Below are positions 13,417 through 31,100 of a stretch of 64,000 bases of DNA, piece after piece. Every line of letters begins with the position of its first letter. The first letter of the stretch is position 1. Both the position numbers and the translations under genes were made by a program. A model generated the notes under the pieces. That model searched no databases. It saw nothing but the letters and a program-made list of their open reading frames with translations, and was not told where the DNA came from. The stretch comes from Lingula anatina (taxonomy: Eukaryota > Animalia > Brachiopoda), in assembly GCA_051362555.1 (NCBI GenBank), contig CM120646.1, positions 7,006,001 through 7,070,000 of the forward strand, in the 5' to 3' direction.

Positions 13417-13626
13417 GTTATTATTATTATTATATTTCAGCCCAATGCCGTAATGCGTGATGTCGTTCTCAACCTTCGAGCAGACGAGACCACCCACCGA
13501 GAAGTGAATCACTCCTTTGCGAACAATATGAGGAACCCGCACGTACATAATCAATTTAAACCAGGAGACAAGGCCATCAATGCAGATCAGTGTAGACACA
13601 CGGGTCCTTGTAAATGTAAAGTTTAG
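5181..13626 (+). CDS. AOX: Mitochondrial alternative oxidase (ubiquinol oxidase), 345 aa, 10 exons
   Basis: Exons 5181-5306, 6144-6232, 10456-10536, 10791-10854, 11118-11206, 11749-11867, 12264-12356, 12667-12779, 13091-13168, 13441-13626, all GT-AG and in frame. Motifs [43 protein letters not shown] and [12 protein letters not shown] contain the diiron ligands. Arg-rich N-terminal targeting peptide. Confidence 0.97.
6350..6545 (+). mobile_element. SINE fragment (Nin-domain-like core with L2-like 3' tail)
   Basis: CAGCGGGGCTGTATCCTCCCCAGGGAG core, followed by TTGTAAAG...ATAAATGTATTATTATT tail. Confidence 0.45.
6933..9965. mobile_element. PIF/Harbinger-type non-autonomous transposon, 3033 bp, in AOX intron 2
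   Basis: Perfect 49-bp TIRs AGGCTGGGTCACACTGCGCTTGCAACC... (6933-6981 and 9917-9965). TTA TSD at 6930-6932 and 9966-9968. Dense subterminal GCAACC/GGTTGC/CGACC motifs. Confidence 0.9.
8160..8371. mobile_element. Harbinger-type MITE nested in the larger Harbinger element
   Basis: Inverted repeat of about 35 bp, CCCCTTTACACTGGACGGCGTCCTTTCTGCG / CGCAGAAAGGACGCCGTCCAGTGTAAAGGGG. TTA on both flanks. Confidence 0.8.
12381..12549. repeat. 14-bp minisatellite (TACCATGAACAGAA-like) in AOX intron 7
   Basis: CCATGAA recurs with 14-bp period, about 11-12 degenerate units. Confidence 0.85.
13002..13048. repeat. (AG)n microsatellite
   Basis: Direct reading. Confidence 0.95.
13369..13432. repeat. (ATT)n microsatellite abutting the last AOX acceptor
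   Basis: Direct reading. Confidence 0.95.
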
Positions 13627-15033
13627 TTGGAAAATAGGCCTACAAAAAACAAAACCAGTGATGGCAGATGAGGGGGTCACACCTAAGAAATAAGGCGGGC
13701 CCGCCATAAAAACCAGGGCCAGTTAAAGCGGAAGAGGGGTCACACCAAAGAAATAATAAAGGCCCGCCGTGACAGATCCGATTTGCAAATATCCAAGATA
13801 AAGCTACCCAAGTTTGAAGAAGATCACTCAGAAAATATCGTTAAAGAAAAAAGAAAATATCGTTCTATGGACAATGAGTGATCTAGCCTATGTAAAAGAT
13901 CTGTGGAAGAAACCGTTCCAAATCTGAACCTAAGACTATTACAACGTAAAAAGGACGACAAACATCAGCTTCAGTAGGTTCAATAAGACAGTTAGTCTTG
14001 TTATAATGCTCTTAAAAAATCTACCTCATAAACCCTGCGCTGTCAGCGACTGGACACTTAAACTTGCATTCTAAGAACTCAGAAAACGATAAGATCTGTA
14101 AGAAGCAGCATATAGGCTTTTATTTGATAGTGATATTGGTGAAAGCTGCACTAGGGCTTTAGACGTGGTCTAATTAACAATTAGATGTATCCGGGTCACA
14201 TTTATGTATTAATTTATTGATGTTCGAACGATATTGTTTATCCAAGAAAATATAGCCTACATTTTTCCTTTTTTTATTGATGTATTCCTATTTACGTTAA
14301 ACATGTTTATGCGACAATAAAATGTAATAAATATCAAGTTATGCAGTTTCAATTTATAATTTCCCGGGCAATGAAAACTTAAAGAAACTTTTTTATGAGA
14401 GTATCACGAATATATTTCCATTAATTAGTTAGCAGGAACATACGGAACAGGCTGCAAATATAAAATCTTGGAAGATCTTGTTTTAAAAGATATTTAAAAC
14501 GCAATTAAAAATTACAAATATGCGCATGCCACCCGTCTAAAAAAGGGTGGAGCCGGAGGGGAGGAGGGGGTGGAGGCACGTGGTAACTCTTTACGGTAAA
14601 AGTTTCCAAGTACGGGGTCGTGAGGTGCGTTGGGCAACTTTTTTTGAAAAAGAAAATTATTTGTTGAGATCTATATGATATGTCAGCCTTTTTTTCTTGT
14701 TTCTCAGTCAGTCGGAAGTCGCTTTTATTATCATAAAAGTTCTCCTTCAATCAGCGTGTAGATGAGTACCACAGGTGATACACAAAACCCACTTGTAAAG
14801 CAGGCATGGTTTAACGTTATAGAGGGTCCCCCATGATAGAGAGTCCGCTTTCATTCATTTGTACAGGGAAGCTTCACCCTATATTTTGACCCACTTAGGT
14901 CAGGCTAACCCTAACTATAATTAACTAAATGGAGAGAGGACTTTCTGTTACACAGACCCTGTTTCGTTACACCGGTCCGCCAGCCACCCAGCAATAATCC
15001 CTAAGCCTACGTCCTTGAACGATCTCTAGCTAG

Positions 15034-15195
15034 CAGGGCCGTAGCCTCCGGGGGGGCAGGGGGGGCAGCTGCCCCCCCTGGGATTTAGAATTTTCCACAC
15101 TGGTAGGGGGACACCCCCTCCCCCTTCGGGGGCTTTGCCCCCTCGTGTCCGCTTACTGCCCCCCCCCCTGGCATTTTGCTCAGGCTACGGCCCTG
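15034..15195. mobile_element. hAT-like MITE with 5-bp TSD
   Basis: TIR CAGGGCCGTAGCC / GGCTACGGCCCTG. GCTAG duplicated on both flanks. G/C-run interior. Confidence 0.8.
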
Positions 15196-16053
15196 GCTAG
15201 GCTGTTCTTTTAAGCTTAAAAATAAGCTATCCATGCATGACGTCAAAGGTATCGAAGAACAAGTGTTCTTTTCTAAAAGAAATCAAACAAAGGTGAGCAC
15301 AAAACTTAACACGCAGTGATTAAAACACCGATGCTTTATTTACACTAAGACATCTCTACATGATTGCACGTTCCAAAACTGGCAACTTTGTTCTCATTAC
15401 GGTAACGACTCGATGCTTTCCATGGGAAAAATTGTGAATATTTCAGATGCATTTCATCAAGTCAAATTCTTCAAATAGGTACATTAAGTGGTAGCAACAA
15501 TTCTGAAAAGCAGGTTGCCCTTCTGTGCTATTCTATACCATAAAAGCACCACGAAAACTATACAGAAATAAAATATCTATGATTTCAAAATTATGTAACT
15601 GAAAGATTGGTAATTTTGCCCGTTGAAAAAAATCGAGTCATTATCGTTAGCGACCCCCTTTTAAACAATAAATATACGTCCTTCCCTTTTCTTTACACTT
15701 TTTTAAAACATTTCTTAACTACACATACATTTATTATTCAAGATTGAATAATACCATACATATTCTCCATATATGAACAAATCCAATTTACTGCACTCTC
15801 TTCTTCTGAGCATCTTTCTCTAATCAAATCAAAATACGATTATTGTATTATAAAGTGATGTACAAATACAGAAAAAAGTATCTTTTTGCATGGCATTAAG
15901 AACTGGCAAATGTCACCTTTTTACAGTTAACCTTGTGTCAAGGGAATGTGTAAATAGTATCTCCATAATCATATCTGTCCACTCATTCAAGTGCATCACA
16001 CCATTCAGGTGGTAGAAACAATTCACATCTGTATGTCATGACTCCACAAAAAA

Positions 16054-16092
<39 letters not shown>

Positions 16093-16234
16093 AAGACACA
16101 ATGAGTCTATTCCACACAACTGCCTTGCATCCCAACAATAAACTAATATATAAGCTATGGGAATGGTCTTTGGATATTTCACTGGTCCAATCTCATCATC
16201 AAACATAGCTTAATAAATGACAGTGGTTGGTGAT

Positions 16235-20712
<4,478 letters not shown>

Positions 20713-22165
20713 CTTTGACTTTTAGTACCCACTGACATTTTTTGATGTCGTAATACCTATTATTGTCGTAATATTAGTAAGAAGCTGCTCTTATTGTGAT
20801 GATAATTAGCGTGATGGTAACTGATAAGAATAAGAATAAACTGATAAGAATAAAAGAAATACTAAGAATGATAAAAATACGAAGTTCCATTTAAAGTACG
20901 TAAAAGGAGAAAAATTAATGGGGGCGTGGCAAAGCCTCTTGAGAATACACAGAAGCAAGATATGCCATAGAAAAAACTTGCAACTTACAGTTGTCTTGGT
21001 CTGTTAATTATTTTCTATTAGCCTTTCTTTTCTTGTTTTTTTAAAAAAAATTGATTTTTCAAGTCCAGGACACGTTAAACCAAATGTACTGAAACTCAGG
21101 TACATGTATTCATTAATCAAAGCTACGAGTCCTACAGTACATGCGGTTCAAATACAGTGGAGTAAAATGACACATCTAACGTGTTCCTCATAAAACTTGA
21201 TATATGAGTGAAGTTTTCATCAGTTAAAGTAGTTGGCTATCTCTTCATTAAGTCAGAAAAACATGAATGTAGATGATGAGAATTTGAGGGGGCATGGTAT
21301 CAAACGTGGTAAACGTCAAAATTACGCCAAAAAACTCTTAACATTGCCTTGACACATCATAGATTTGTTCATTAAGTTTTTTTTTCTTTTCATTTCTTAA
21401 ACATTTTATATGTACTTTCAAGTATTGCAAAATAGTATCACAATCCACATTAAATTACGTTACTATTTATGTGAAATCAGTAAAGGTCTTTGGTAATCAC
21501 ACATTCAGGCCAGTACAAGTAACTATAATTTTTTATCAAGGCGATATAATATTTCTAGTTTAAAAAGTGCGTACCAAATTTAAGTAAAGCATATGTTTTA
21601 TACCCCAGAATGAGTTTCTCCTATCTTTTTCAGAATTTGGAATTTTATTTGGAATATTCAACATCTGACATTTATGTGCAGACTGTAAATACACGCACAA
21701 ACACGTACAAAAGTATAAGTAATGAAACAGACAATGCTTTTATAAAAAGGTTTATTTACAATTATCAACACTACCTTAATGCAACAGCCTTGTTATGCTA
21801 CTGTACAAGACACTGTCAAAACCAATTACAACATTGCAACCACCACAAATTCAATACAGTGGTCCAAATTCTTTAAGATATGTCACCAGTGTAACTGTGT
21901 TTAACTGTAACACCACTTCAACTGGGACTGCAGAAAAAGTGTCATCATTATCAACAAGAATCTAAGTTGGTTTTGCTTTTAACACATTTTGCTTTAATTG
22001 TCCCAACTCCTTTCCTGCTACTGAACAACAAAGACTTACATTCTGGGATATGCTCCAGAGCTTTAAGACAGGAAAAATTGTTTACAACAGGCATCTTATA
22101 AGGCTGAAGGACTGGGTGTTCCATGCACATGACACATAAATAAATGATGATGTATTTATCTGTTT

Positions 22166-25100
22166 TTAATGTTTTTTCAATGGCTTTGCATATATAGGCT
22201 CCATGACGTCAAACACAGCATAGGCACCAAGTCCAACTAGAAGAAAAATTCCAGTTATGGCCACAATAGCAGTCCTTCCCACAATTGTATCGTCATACTG
22301 AAAAAAGAGCATAAACAGTATTCAGTAATTCTCAGTTATCTGATTAGAGAAGAACAACATACTGATAATTCTAGCTAAAGGAGGGTGATTGTGTTTAACA
22401 AATTTCAATAATAAATGGTGATCAGTCATATATATTTACTGCAAGTTAATTTTGTTAGTACTACTTAGCATATCAACTGAATTAATTTTCAAGCAAAGCA
22501 ATGATGATTCAATAAAATGCTCAGTGCTTTTTATTTTTGGGGGCTAAATTTGAGAAACTTAAAATATATTACTTCAAATCTAATAAATAAATGTTATAAA
22601 TGTTGCTATTCACCAAAAACAAAACAAAAAAAATAATAATAATAAAATAATAATAATAAAATAAATAAATAATATTTATAGTTGTTAAAATCAAATAAAA
22701 AGAAAAAAAAACTGAAATATTTACAGGGAAAAAATTCTCCACAATGGATAGATTATAGCTTAACTTGAAGAAATATAAGAGATTCTTCCAGAAAAAAAAA
22801 ACAAAACAAAAAAAAAAAAAACAACGTTTACCTTTGTAACATCCTGAAGTGACAGGAAGAAAGAATACAACATCATGTTAGCAATGGCAAAGAAAAGTGC
22901 GCAAATTAATTTTTTCTACATCTAAAATATTAATAATAATGTAAAGATAAGAATGATATTATGACAAAGCAAAAGAAGCAAGTTAAAAAATAAAAATTTA
23001 CAAGAAATATGTCACAATCTGTGTATACATAAGGCACCATCCAGGGGCGGATCCAGAGATATTTTCTGACAGTCTTCCATATTATATTTGTTGGTCCATC
23101 CTCCATCTTTTGACCGTCTTCCGACAGAAAAAATTAGATACCCGTCAATGTAAACTTGAAAATCTGACCATCTTCCGGAAGACCCAGAAGACGGCCTAAA
23201 TCCGCCCCTGCCATCTATAGTCAATAACTGCTTTTCTCATGACATAAACATACATATACAGGGGCAGATCCAGATTATTTGAAGAGGTTTACCAGTACAG
23301 TTTTTGTAAGAATGAAAGGTCTTGATAGCGATGCCGAACCTTGCCCCCTAGGTGTGGGGTTCAATATTTTGGAGGGCAATTGGTACCATTTGGTGTACTT
23401 TAGAACTATGACTCAGCTCTTCAAAATCCTTATATCAAGAGGGGAATATTGGTGCGATTTTTTTCAAGACACCAAGTGGGAGTTCAGGACCCCCCTGACA
23501 CCCATCCTAAATCCGCTATTGCACACAGATGGCGCCTTATGTATACACAATATGTGACATGCATAACTGAGTTAATTTATCACAAAATATGCACAATATT
23601 GCCATTTAATAATTAATCAAAGCAATTAGGATGTTAAAATCAACACAAGTACATGTTAAGAAGCACACAATACTGTGGCACATACAGGATAGTATAATTC
23701 AAGCTGATATTAATGATGATCATGTAACACTTCAGACCAGGCATTTGTCTCTAGAAATCTTCCAGTACATATTGAATTGCATTTCAGAATTCACGAATAA
23801 TGATCGCAAATTATGACTGTCTACTTACAATACAAGACACTTTTCAACAACAGTGTTTGATTAAACAATTTCATTTTCTATTGTGTAACAGTAAGTAGAA
23901 GAAAATGAAACCATTTTCAAATTGTTAAAATTACAGAGACAAACCACTGAGCCTCCGTTAAATAAACAGACTAATGGACTGTTTAATAAATCCAGCCCTT
24001 ATTTTTCAACAAAATTTTGTCAAACACACCACGGTTATAGTGAAGCATATAAAATCAGATTCAATTTTTTTTCTTAAATCTAGATGACATTTAGACTTAA
24101 TAAAAATGAATTAATATTTAACTTTTATTACTATTCTTCCCAGTAACTATTAACAGATCTAAAGGAAAAACAATCTTTGATACCAATATTTACCTTGATA
24201 TCAGCGCGTACATCTTCAGGTGTTGTCAGAGGTAGAAATATCAATATGATGGTGATAATGATGGCTAGCAGAATCACCCCAGCTGCTCCAAACCTTCAAG
24301 GACAAATCAAAACATGTGATAAAGATATACTGGGGTTGTGCTAACACTTGCCAATTTACTAGTAGCCAAGTGCTAAAATTGACTTTACTTGGCTGAACAA
24401 AATAGGGTTGATTTGACTTATTTCAATCATATTTAAACCATTTGATGAACAAAAAAGTGATGAAAAAGTAGTAATTTGGCTAAATGAAAAAACAAGGCAG
24501 CAAAGCTGTCAAATGTACAGACAAAAAGCAGGAAATAACTATGCACAAAATAGGCTACTGTCAATTCTGATGCAAAAGTACATTATGTTAAACTGCAAAT
24601 TCAACATCAAATTTTAATTATGCTCAACAGGTAATACCAATGTAAGTAAAATGTGTAACAAGCATAAGGCTTCAGGCCCATGGGAGTTCAAGTTCGCACT
24701 TTGAAAATGTATAACTTCCAGAAAAAGAAGCCAATTAGACTGTTTTTCCAACTCAGGCTGCATTTTTAGTCCTGTATTTCTTTTTTGAAAGTTTGGCAAT
24801 CATAAGTAACATGGTTTTCCCATAATGGTCATCATGGCAGCAGCACCCAAAATTGTGTTTTCTTCTATTCTGATGCAATATTACATAATGGTTAACAGCA
24901 TAATAACCGTCAATTTTTAACTAGAGGATCAGAGAGGCGATACCGCCTCCGAATATTGTACCACCAGCTGGAGCAAGCGCATTCGTATAGACCCCCACAT
25001 ACACAAAAGAAGGGACACAGCCACCAGTCTTATGCTTGACAAGCTGTAAAAATGCAATCAACAAGAATTTTCAAAATATGCAAAAAATATATATAACTTA

Positions 25101-28100
25101 AAATGGTACAATCAAAGTTAAGTTCATCGTAAGGTAGGTCAAAGGTCAATTTCAAGGTCACAGTAAATTGCCAGTATATGACTTCCTATTCAACTTTAAT
25201 GGTAACTATGGACCTATCTCTGCCAGTTTTGTAGATAAAAGGGAAGAAAAATATGCAAAGTTCAGTTCATGGTGAAAAGTAGGTCAAAGGTCAATTTCAA
25301 GGTCACAGTAAAATTGCCAGTATATGACTTCCTATTCAACTTCAATAGTAACTATGGACCTATCTCTGCCAGTTTTGGAGATATAAGGGACTAAATGTTT
25401 TAATTTTGGAGTTACCATAATGTGCCATAAATTTCCTACAGAAAAAATTAATTAAAATAAAGAAAAGGTCATTTTGGTCAAAATTCTTGAAATAAGAGGT
25501 GTTCTGAAGTTCCAGATGTTCAAATTTGATGAAATAATGTCATTTTTGACCACAAGTTGTCTGCTTTGCCAAGCCTTATGTTTTATTTTTCCGGAGTTCA
25601 AAATTTATTATCCATTACAGTACTGCACATTTTGCTTTCACCACCAATATGTGCCAGTATATGACTTCCTATTCAAGTTCAATAAAAACTATGGACCTAT
25701 CCAGTTTTGGAGATAAAAGGGAAGCAAAATTTGCAAAGTTCAGTTCATGGTGAAAAGAAGGTCAAAGGTCAATTTCAAGGTCACAGTAAGATTGCCAGTA
25801 TATGACTTCCTATTCAAGTTCAATAGTAATTATGGACCTATCTCTGCCAGTTTTGGAGATAAAAGGGAACCAAAATTTGCAAAGTTCAATTCATGATAAA
25901 AAGTAGGTCAAAGGTCAATTTCAAGGTCACATTTAGATTGCCAGTATATGACTTCCTATTCAACTTCAATAGTAACTATGGACCTATCTCTGCCAGGTTT
26001 GGAGTTAAAAGAGAAAGAAATTAGCAGAGTTCAGTTCATGGTGAAAAGTAGGTCAAAGGTCAATTTCAAGGTCACACTTAGATTGCCAGTATATGACTTC
26101 ATATTCAAGTTCAATAGAAACTATGGACCTATCTCTGCCAGTTTTGGAGATAAAAGGGAAGCAAAATTTGCAAAGTTTAATTCATGGTGAAAAGTAGGTC
26201 AAAGGTCAATTTCAAGGTCACATTTAGATTGCCAGTATATGACTTCCTATTCAAGTTCAATAGTAACTATGGACCTATCTCTGCCAGGTTTGGAGTTAAA
26301 AGAGAAAGAAATTAGCAGAGTTCAGTTCATGGTGAAAAGTAGGTCAAAGGTCAATTTCAAGGTCACACTTAGATTGCCAGTATATGACTTCCTATTCAAG
26401 TTCAATAGTAATTATGGACCTATCTCTGCCAGTTTTGGAGATAAAAGGGAACCAAAATTTGCAAAGTTCAATTCATGATAAAAAGTAGGTCAAAGGTCAA
26501 TTTCAAGGTCACATTTAGATTGCCAGTATATGACTTCCTATTCAACTTCAATAGTAACTATGGACCTATCTCTGCCAGGTTTGGAGTTAAAAGAGAAAGA
26601 AATTAGCAGAGTTCAGTTCATGGTGAAAAGTAGGTCAAAGGTCAATTTCAAGGTCACACTTAGATTGCCAGTATATGACTTCATATTCAAGTTCAATAGA
26701 AACTATGGACCTATCTCTGCCAGTTTTGGAGATAAAAGGGAAGCAAAATTTGCAAAGTTTAATTCATGGTGAAAAGTAGGTCAAAGGTCAATTTCAAGGT
26801 CACATTTAGATTGCCAGTATATGACTTCATATTCAAGTTCAATAGAAACTATGGACCTATCTCTGCCAGTTTTGGAGATAAAAGGGAAGCAAAATTTGGA
26901 AAGTTCAGTTCATGGTGAAAAGTAGGTCAAAGGTCAATTTCAAGGTCACATTTAGATTGCCAGTATATGACTTCATATTCAAGTTCAATAGAAACTATGG
27001 ACCTATCTCTGCCAGTTTTGGAGATAAAAGGGAAGCAAAATTGGCAAAGTTCAGTTCATGGTGAAAAGTAGGTCAACAAAGGTCAATTTCAAGGTCACAT
27101 TTAGATTGCCAGTATATGACTTCATATTCAAGTTCAACAGAAACTATGGACCTATCTCTGCCAGTTTTGGAGATAAAAGCGAAGCAAAATTTGCAAAGTT
27201 TAATTCATGGTGAAAAGTAGGTCAAAGGTCAATTTCAAGGTCACATTTAGATTGCCAGTATATGACTTCCTATTCAAGTTCAATAGTAACTATGAACCTA
27301 TCTCTGCCAGGTTTGGAGTTAAAAGAGAAAGAAATTAGCAGAGTTCAGTTCATGGTGAAAAGTAGGTCAAAGGTCAATTTCAAGGTCACATTTAGATTGC
27401 CAGTATAAGACTTCCTATTCAACTTCAATAGTAACTATGGACCTATCTCTGCCAGTTTTGGAGATAAAAGGGAAGCAAAATTTGCAAAGTTCAGTTCATG
27501 GTGAAAAGTAGGTCAAAGGTCAATTTCAAGGTCACATTTAGATTGCCAGTATATGACTTCATATTCAAGTTCAATAGAAACTATGGACCTATCTCTGCCA
27601 GTTTTGGAGATAAAAGGGAAGCAAAATTTGCAAAGTTCAATTCATGGTGAAAAGTAGGTCAAAGGTCAATTTCAAGGTCACATTTAGATTGGCAGTATAT
27701 GACTTCCTATTCAAGTTCAATAGTAACTATGGACCTATCTCTGCCAGTTTTGGAGATATAAGGGACTAAATGTTATAATTTTGGAGTTACCTTAATGTGC
27801 CATAAATTTCCTACAGAAAAAATTAATTAAAATAAAGAAAAGGTCATTTTGGTCGAAATTCTTGAAATGGCAGGTGCTGTGAAGTTCCAGAAGTTCAAAT
27901 TTGATGAAATAATGTCATTTTTGACCACAAGTTGTCTGCTTTGCCAAGCCTTATGTTTTATTTTTCCAGAGTTCAAAATTTATTATCCATTACCGTACTG
28001 CACATTTTGCTTTCACCACCAATATGTACTTTTTGATACAGCGTAGCTCGAAAACTGTATGGAATACAAAAAAAACGGAGACCACCTCCAGTGTTGGGCT

Positions 28101-31100
28101 TTACATGCTCTACAAAATGCAAAAAAGAATGGGTCTCTAGCATTAACGGTTCCCGAATTAGAGACAGTTTTCAGTTTCGGTATCTTATGGCCGCTACTCC
28201 AGTGAAAATGCACTGATTGACCCCAAATTCACGGAGATGAAAGATGACCTGAAGGGTATCATTTTCCAATAATATTATTGGTTAAGTCTGTGTGGTGTCT
28301 GAATAACAGCGCAAATAATTTTTTTTTCGTAAAAAAAATTCATTTTTTTGAAAAATTTGGCCTGTTTGACCTTGAAATTAAGGTCAAAGGTCAAATCCAA
28401 GGGCATAATTGAAATCTACACATATGACTTTTGGAAAGCCGTCTGTAGAAATTTTTCCCATAATTCCTTCCGTAGGGTAGATAATTAGCATTTAATTTTG
28501 CCATTTTTGGACAAGGGTGCATTGCAATGAATGCCACACCTAGACCCCAATACCGACAAAGCCCAAATTTTACGTGGAACGAGTTGAGATTATAGGTGAC
28601 CTAAATCCAAGAGATGGGTATAGGGGCCCTTACCGTCTAGGAGGAGAAGCGGTAACGATGACATGGCGGCGGAGCCGGCGGAGCCGCAGGAGCCGGCAGA
28701 ACGGACCGGACGGGACTAAAACCATGTGTACCGCCAGCGCTAACGCTGGTGGTACAATCATTAAATATACGTATCATGTATTTTCAGAAAATGTGACTAG
28801 CATGGGTATTCAAGCCCGTGGAACTTCAAAGTCACACCTTGAAAATGCCAATATGTGAAAAATTAAAGTTTCACAAAAAAACTGTTTAACTGGCAGTAAG
28901 AATTACCAAACAGATTGCATTGCCTACTGAAGCTGTATTTTAGTCCCAGGTTTCTTTCCTGTAAGTTTAAGAACAGTAAGTGACATGGTTTTTCTGGAAT
29001 GGTCATCATGGGAGCAGTGCCCAAAATATGTTTTTTTCAAATTTTGATGCAATATTACATAATGTTTTAACAGCATAATGACCATCAATTTTTATTAATA
29101 AAATATTAGTATTATGGATATTCAGAAAATGTGATTAGCAAAGGTCTTCGGGCCCATTGAAAATGCCAAAATGTAAACAAGACAGCACTGTTCTGACATG
29201 GGTTTATTTCCATTTTTAACACTTTTTTTAACATAAAACAAAATAAACAGTTTACTGCCATTTTTATATGATCAACTAAGAAAATTGATGAGATGGGAAA
29301 AATATCAATAGAACAGTGTTAAATGTCCAATTTCCTCCATTCTGAGATTCTGAACATAGTGGATGATTGAATCTGACAAACTGCAATAATATGAGTTTAT
29401 TTCCATTTTTGACACTTTATTACACAAAACACGATAACAAGTTTACCATAATTTTTACATAATCAACTAACAATATTGTAAAGATGCAGGAAATGTCAAA
29501 CAAACACTTTTACGTATCTTATTAGTTCAATAATGAGACTGTTAAATGCCTAAGAATTGAATCTCAGGAAATGTGAAAAAAAACAGCATAACTTCTAAAA
29601 TAATGGCCCGATTATGCTGATTTTCAAACTCAACCTGCGTTTTAGTAAGATTGACCACTCCTGTGAGTATAATGACAATTGGCCTATCTGTTTTTCTTAT
29701 ATTGTGTTATCAGTGTTGCATATAAGCTGAAAAATACGTGAAAAATTAAATTTTCACAAAAACTTTAATTGCCAGAAAATTTACCAAACAGACTGCATTG
29801 CCTACTGAAGCTGTATTTTAGTCCCATGTTTCTTTCCTGTTAGTTTGAAAACAGTAAGTGACATGGTTTTTCTGAAAAGGTCATCATGGGAGCAGTGCCC
29901 AAAATAGGGGTTTCTTCAAATCTTGATGCAACATTACATAATGTTTAAACAGCATAATGACCATCAATTTTTAATAATAAAATATTAGTAACATGGACAT
30001 TCAGAAAACATGACCAGCAAAGGTCTTCAGGCCAATGGAACTTCAAAGTCACACCTTGAAAATGCCAAAATGTAAACAAGACAGCACTGTTCTGACATGG
30101 GTTTATTTCCATTTTTAACACTTTTTTTAACATAAAACAAAATAAACAGTTTACTGCCATTTTTATATGATCAACTAAGAAAATTGATGAGATGGGAAAA
30201 ATATCAATAGAACAGTGTTAAATGTCCAATTTCCTCCATTCTGAGATTCTGAACATAGTGGATGATTGAATCTGACAAACTGCAATAATATGAGTTTATT
30301 TCCATTTTTGACACTTTATTACACAAAACACGATAACAAGTTTACCATAATTTTTACATAATCAACTAACAATATTGTAAAGATGCAGGAAATGTCAAAC
30401 ATACACTTTTACGTATCTTATTAGTTCAATAATGAGACTGTTAAATGCCTAAGAATTGAATCTCAGGAAATGTGAAAAAAACAGCATAACTTCTAAAATA
30501 ATGGCCCGATTATGCTGATTTTCAAACTCAACCTGCGTTTTAGTAAGATTGACCACTCCTGTGAGTTTAATGACAATTGGTCTATCTGTTTTTCTTATAT
30601 TGTGTTTACAGGGTTGTATATAGTGTTGCAGTGTTGCATATATGCTGAAAAATGAAAAAACAGCATAACTACTAAAATAGTGGCCCGATCATGCCGATTT
30701 TCGAACTTGTCCTGCGTTTCAGTAAGATTGATTACTCCTGTGAGTTTCATGACAACAGGCCTAACGGTTTTCCTTAAAATGTGTTTACAGGGTTGTATAT
30801 ATGCTGAAAAGTGAAAAAACAGCATAACTTCTACTATAATGGCCCGATCATGCTGATTTTCGAACTTGACTTGCGTTTTATGAATATTCATCAGCTCTGT
30901 AAATATAAAAGCAAAAAATAAAACTGTGTTCCACTTATCGTGTTTACAAGGAAAGTGCACGGCATCGGCATCGGCATCGGCATCGGCATCGCCATCGGCG
31001 ACGACAGACGCAGGTGATGGCAATATGTACAGACACATCTGTGTCTGTACATAAAAATTACTAGCATCATTATGGTCAACAACTTACTGGCACACATCAA

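Larger units (their letters stand above)
24490..31057 (+). mobile_element. Helentron-associated (HINE-like) element, family A copy 1, in a TMEM218 intron
   Basis: 5' end AACAAGGCAGCAAAGCTGTCAAATGTACAGACA. Degenerate units of about 160 bp. (GGCATC)n microsatellite. 3' hairpin TATGTACAGACAC-ATCT-GTGTCTGTACATA at 31024-31053. Same ends as 36881-43211. Confidence 0.8.

Noticed and set aside
5181-13626. AOX as a recent horizontal transfer or contamination
   Set aside because: It has nine spliceosomal introns with host repeats, animal-type motifs, and metazoan neighbours.
13612-13626. CaaX or PTS1 signal at the AOX C-terminus (CKCKV)
   Set aside because: Cys is not at position -4, and CKV is a poor PTS1 match. 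The N-terminus looks mitochondrial.
13348-13707. 119-aa ORF with poly-Asn
   Set aside because: Antisense to AOX exon 10 plus the (ATT)n microsatellite.
22832-22921. Longer 90-nt version of the TMEM218 internal exon
   Set aside because: It begins ATG TAG in frame. The strong pyrimidine tract supports the 12-nt microexon instead.
25474-28046. Repeated 79-80 aa ORFs, and a possible CRISPR-like array
   Set aside because: The ORFs are by-products of the 146-bp satellite. There are no unique spacers or cas genes, and the context is eukaryotic.
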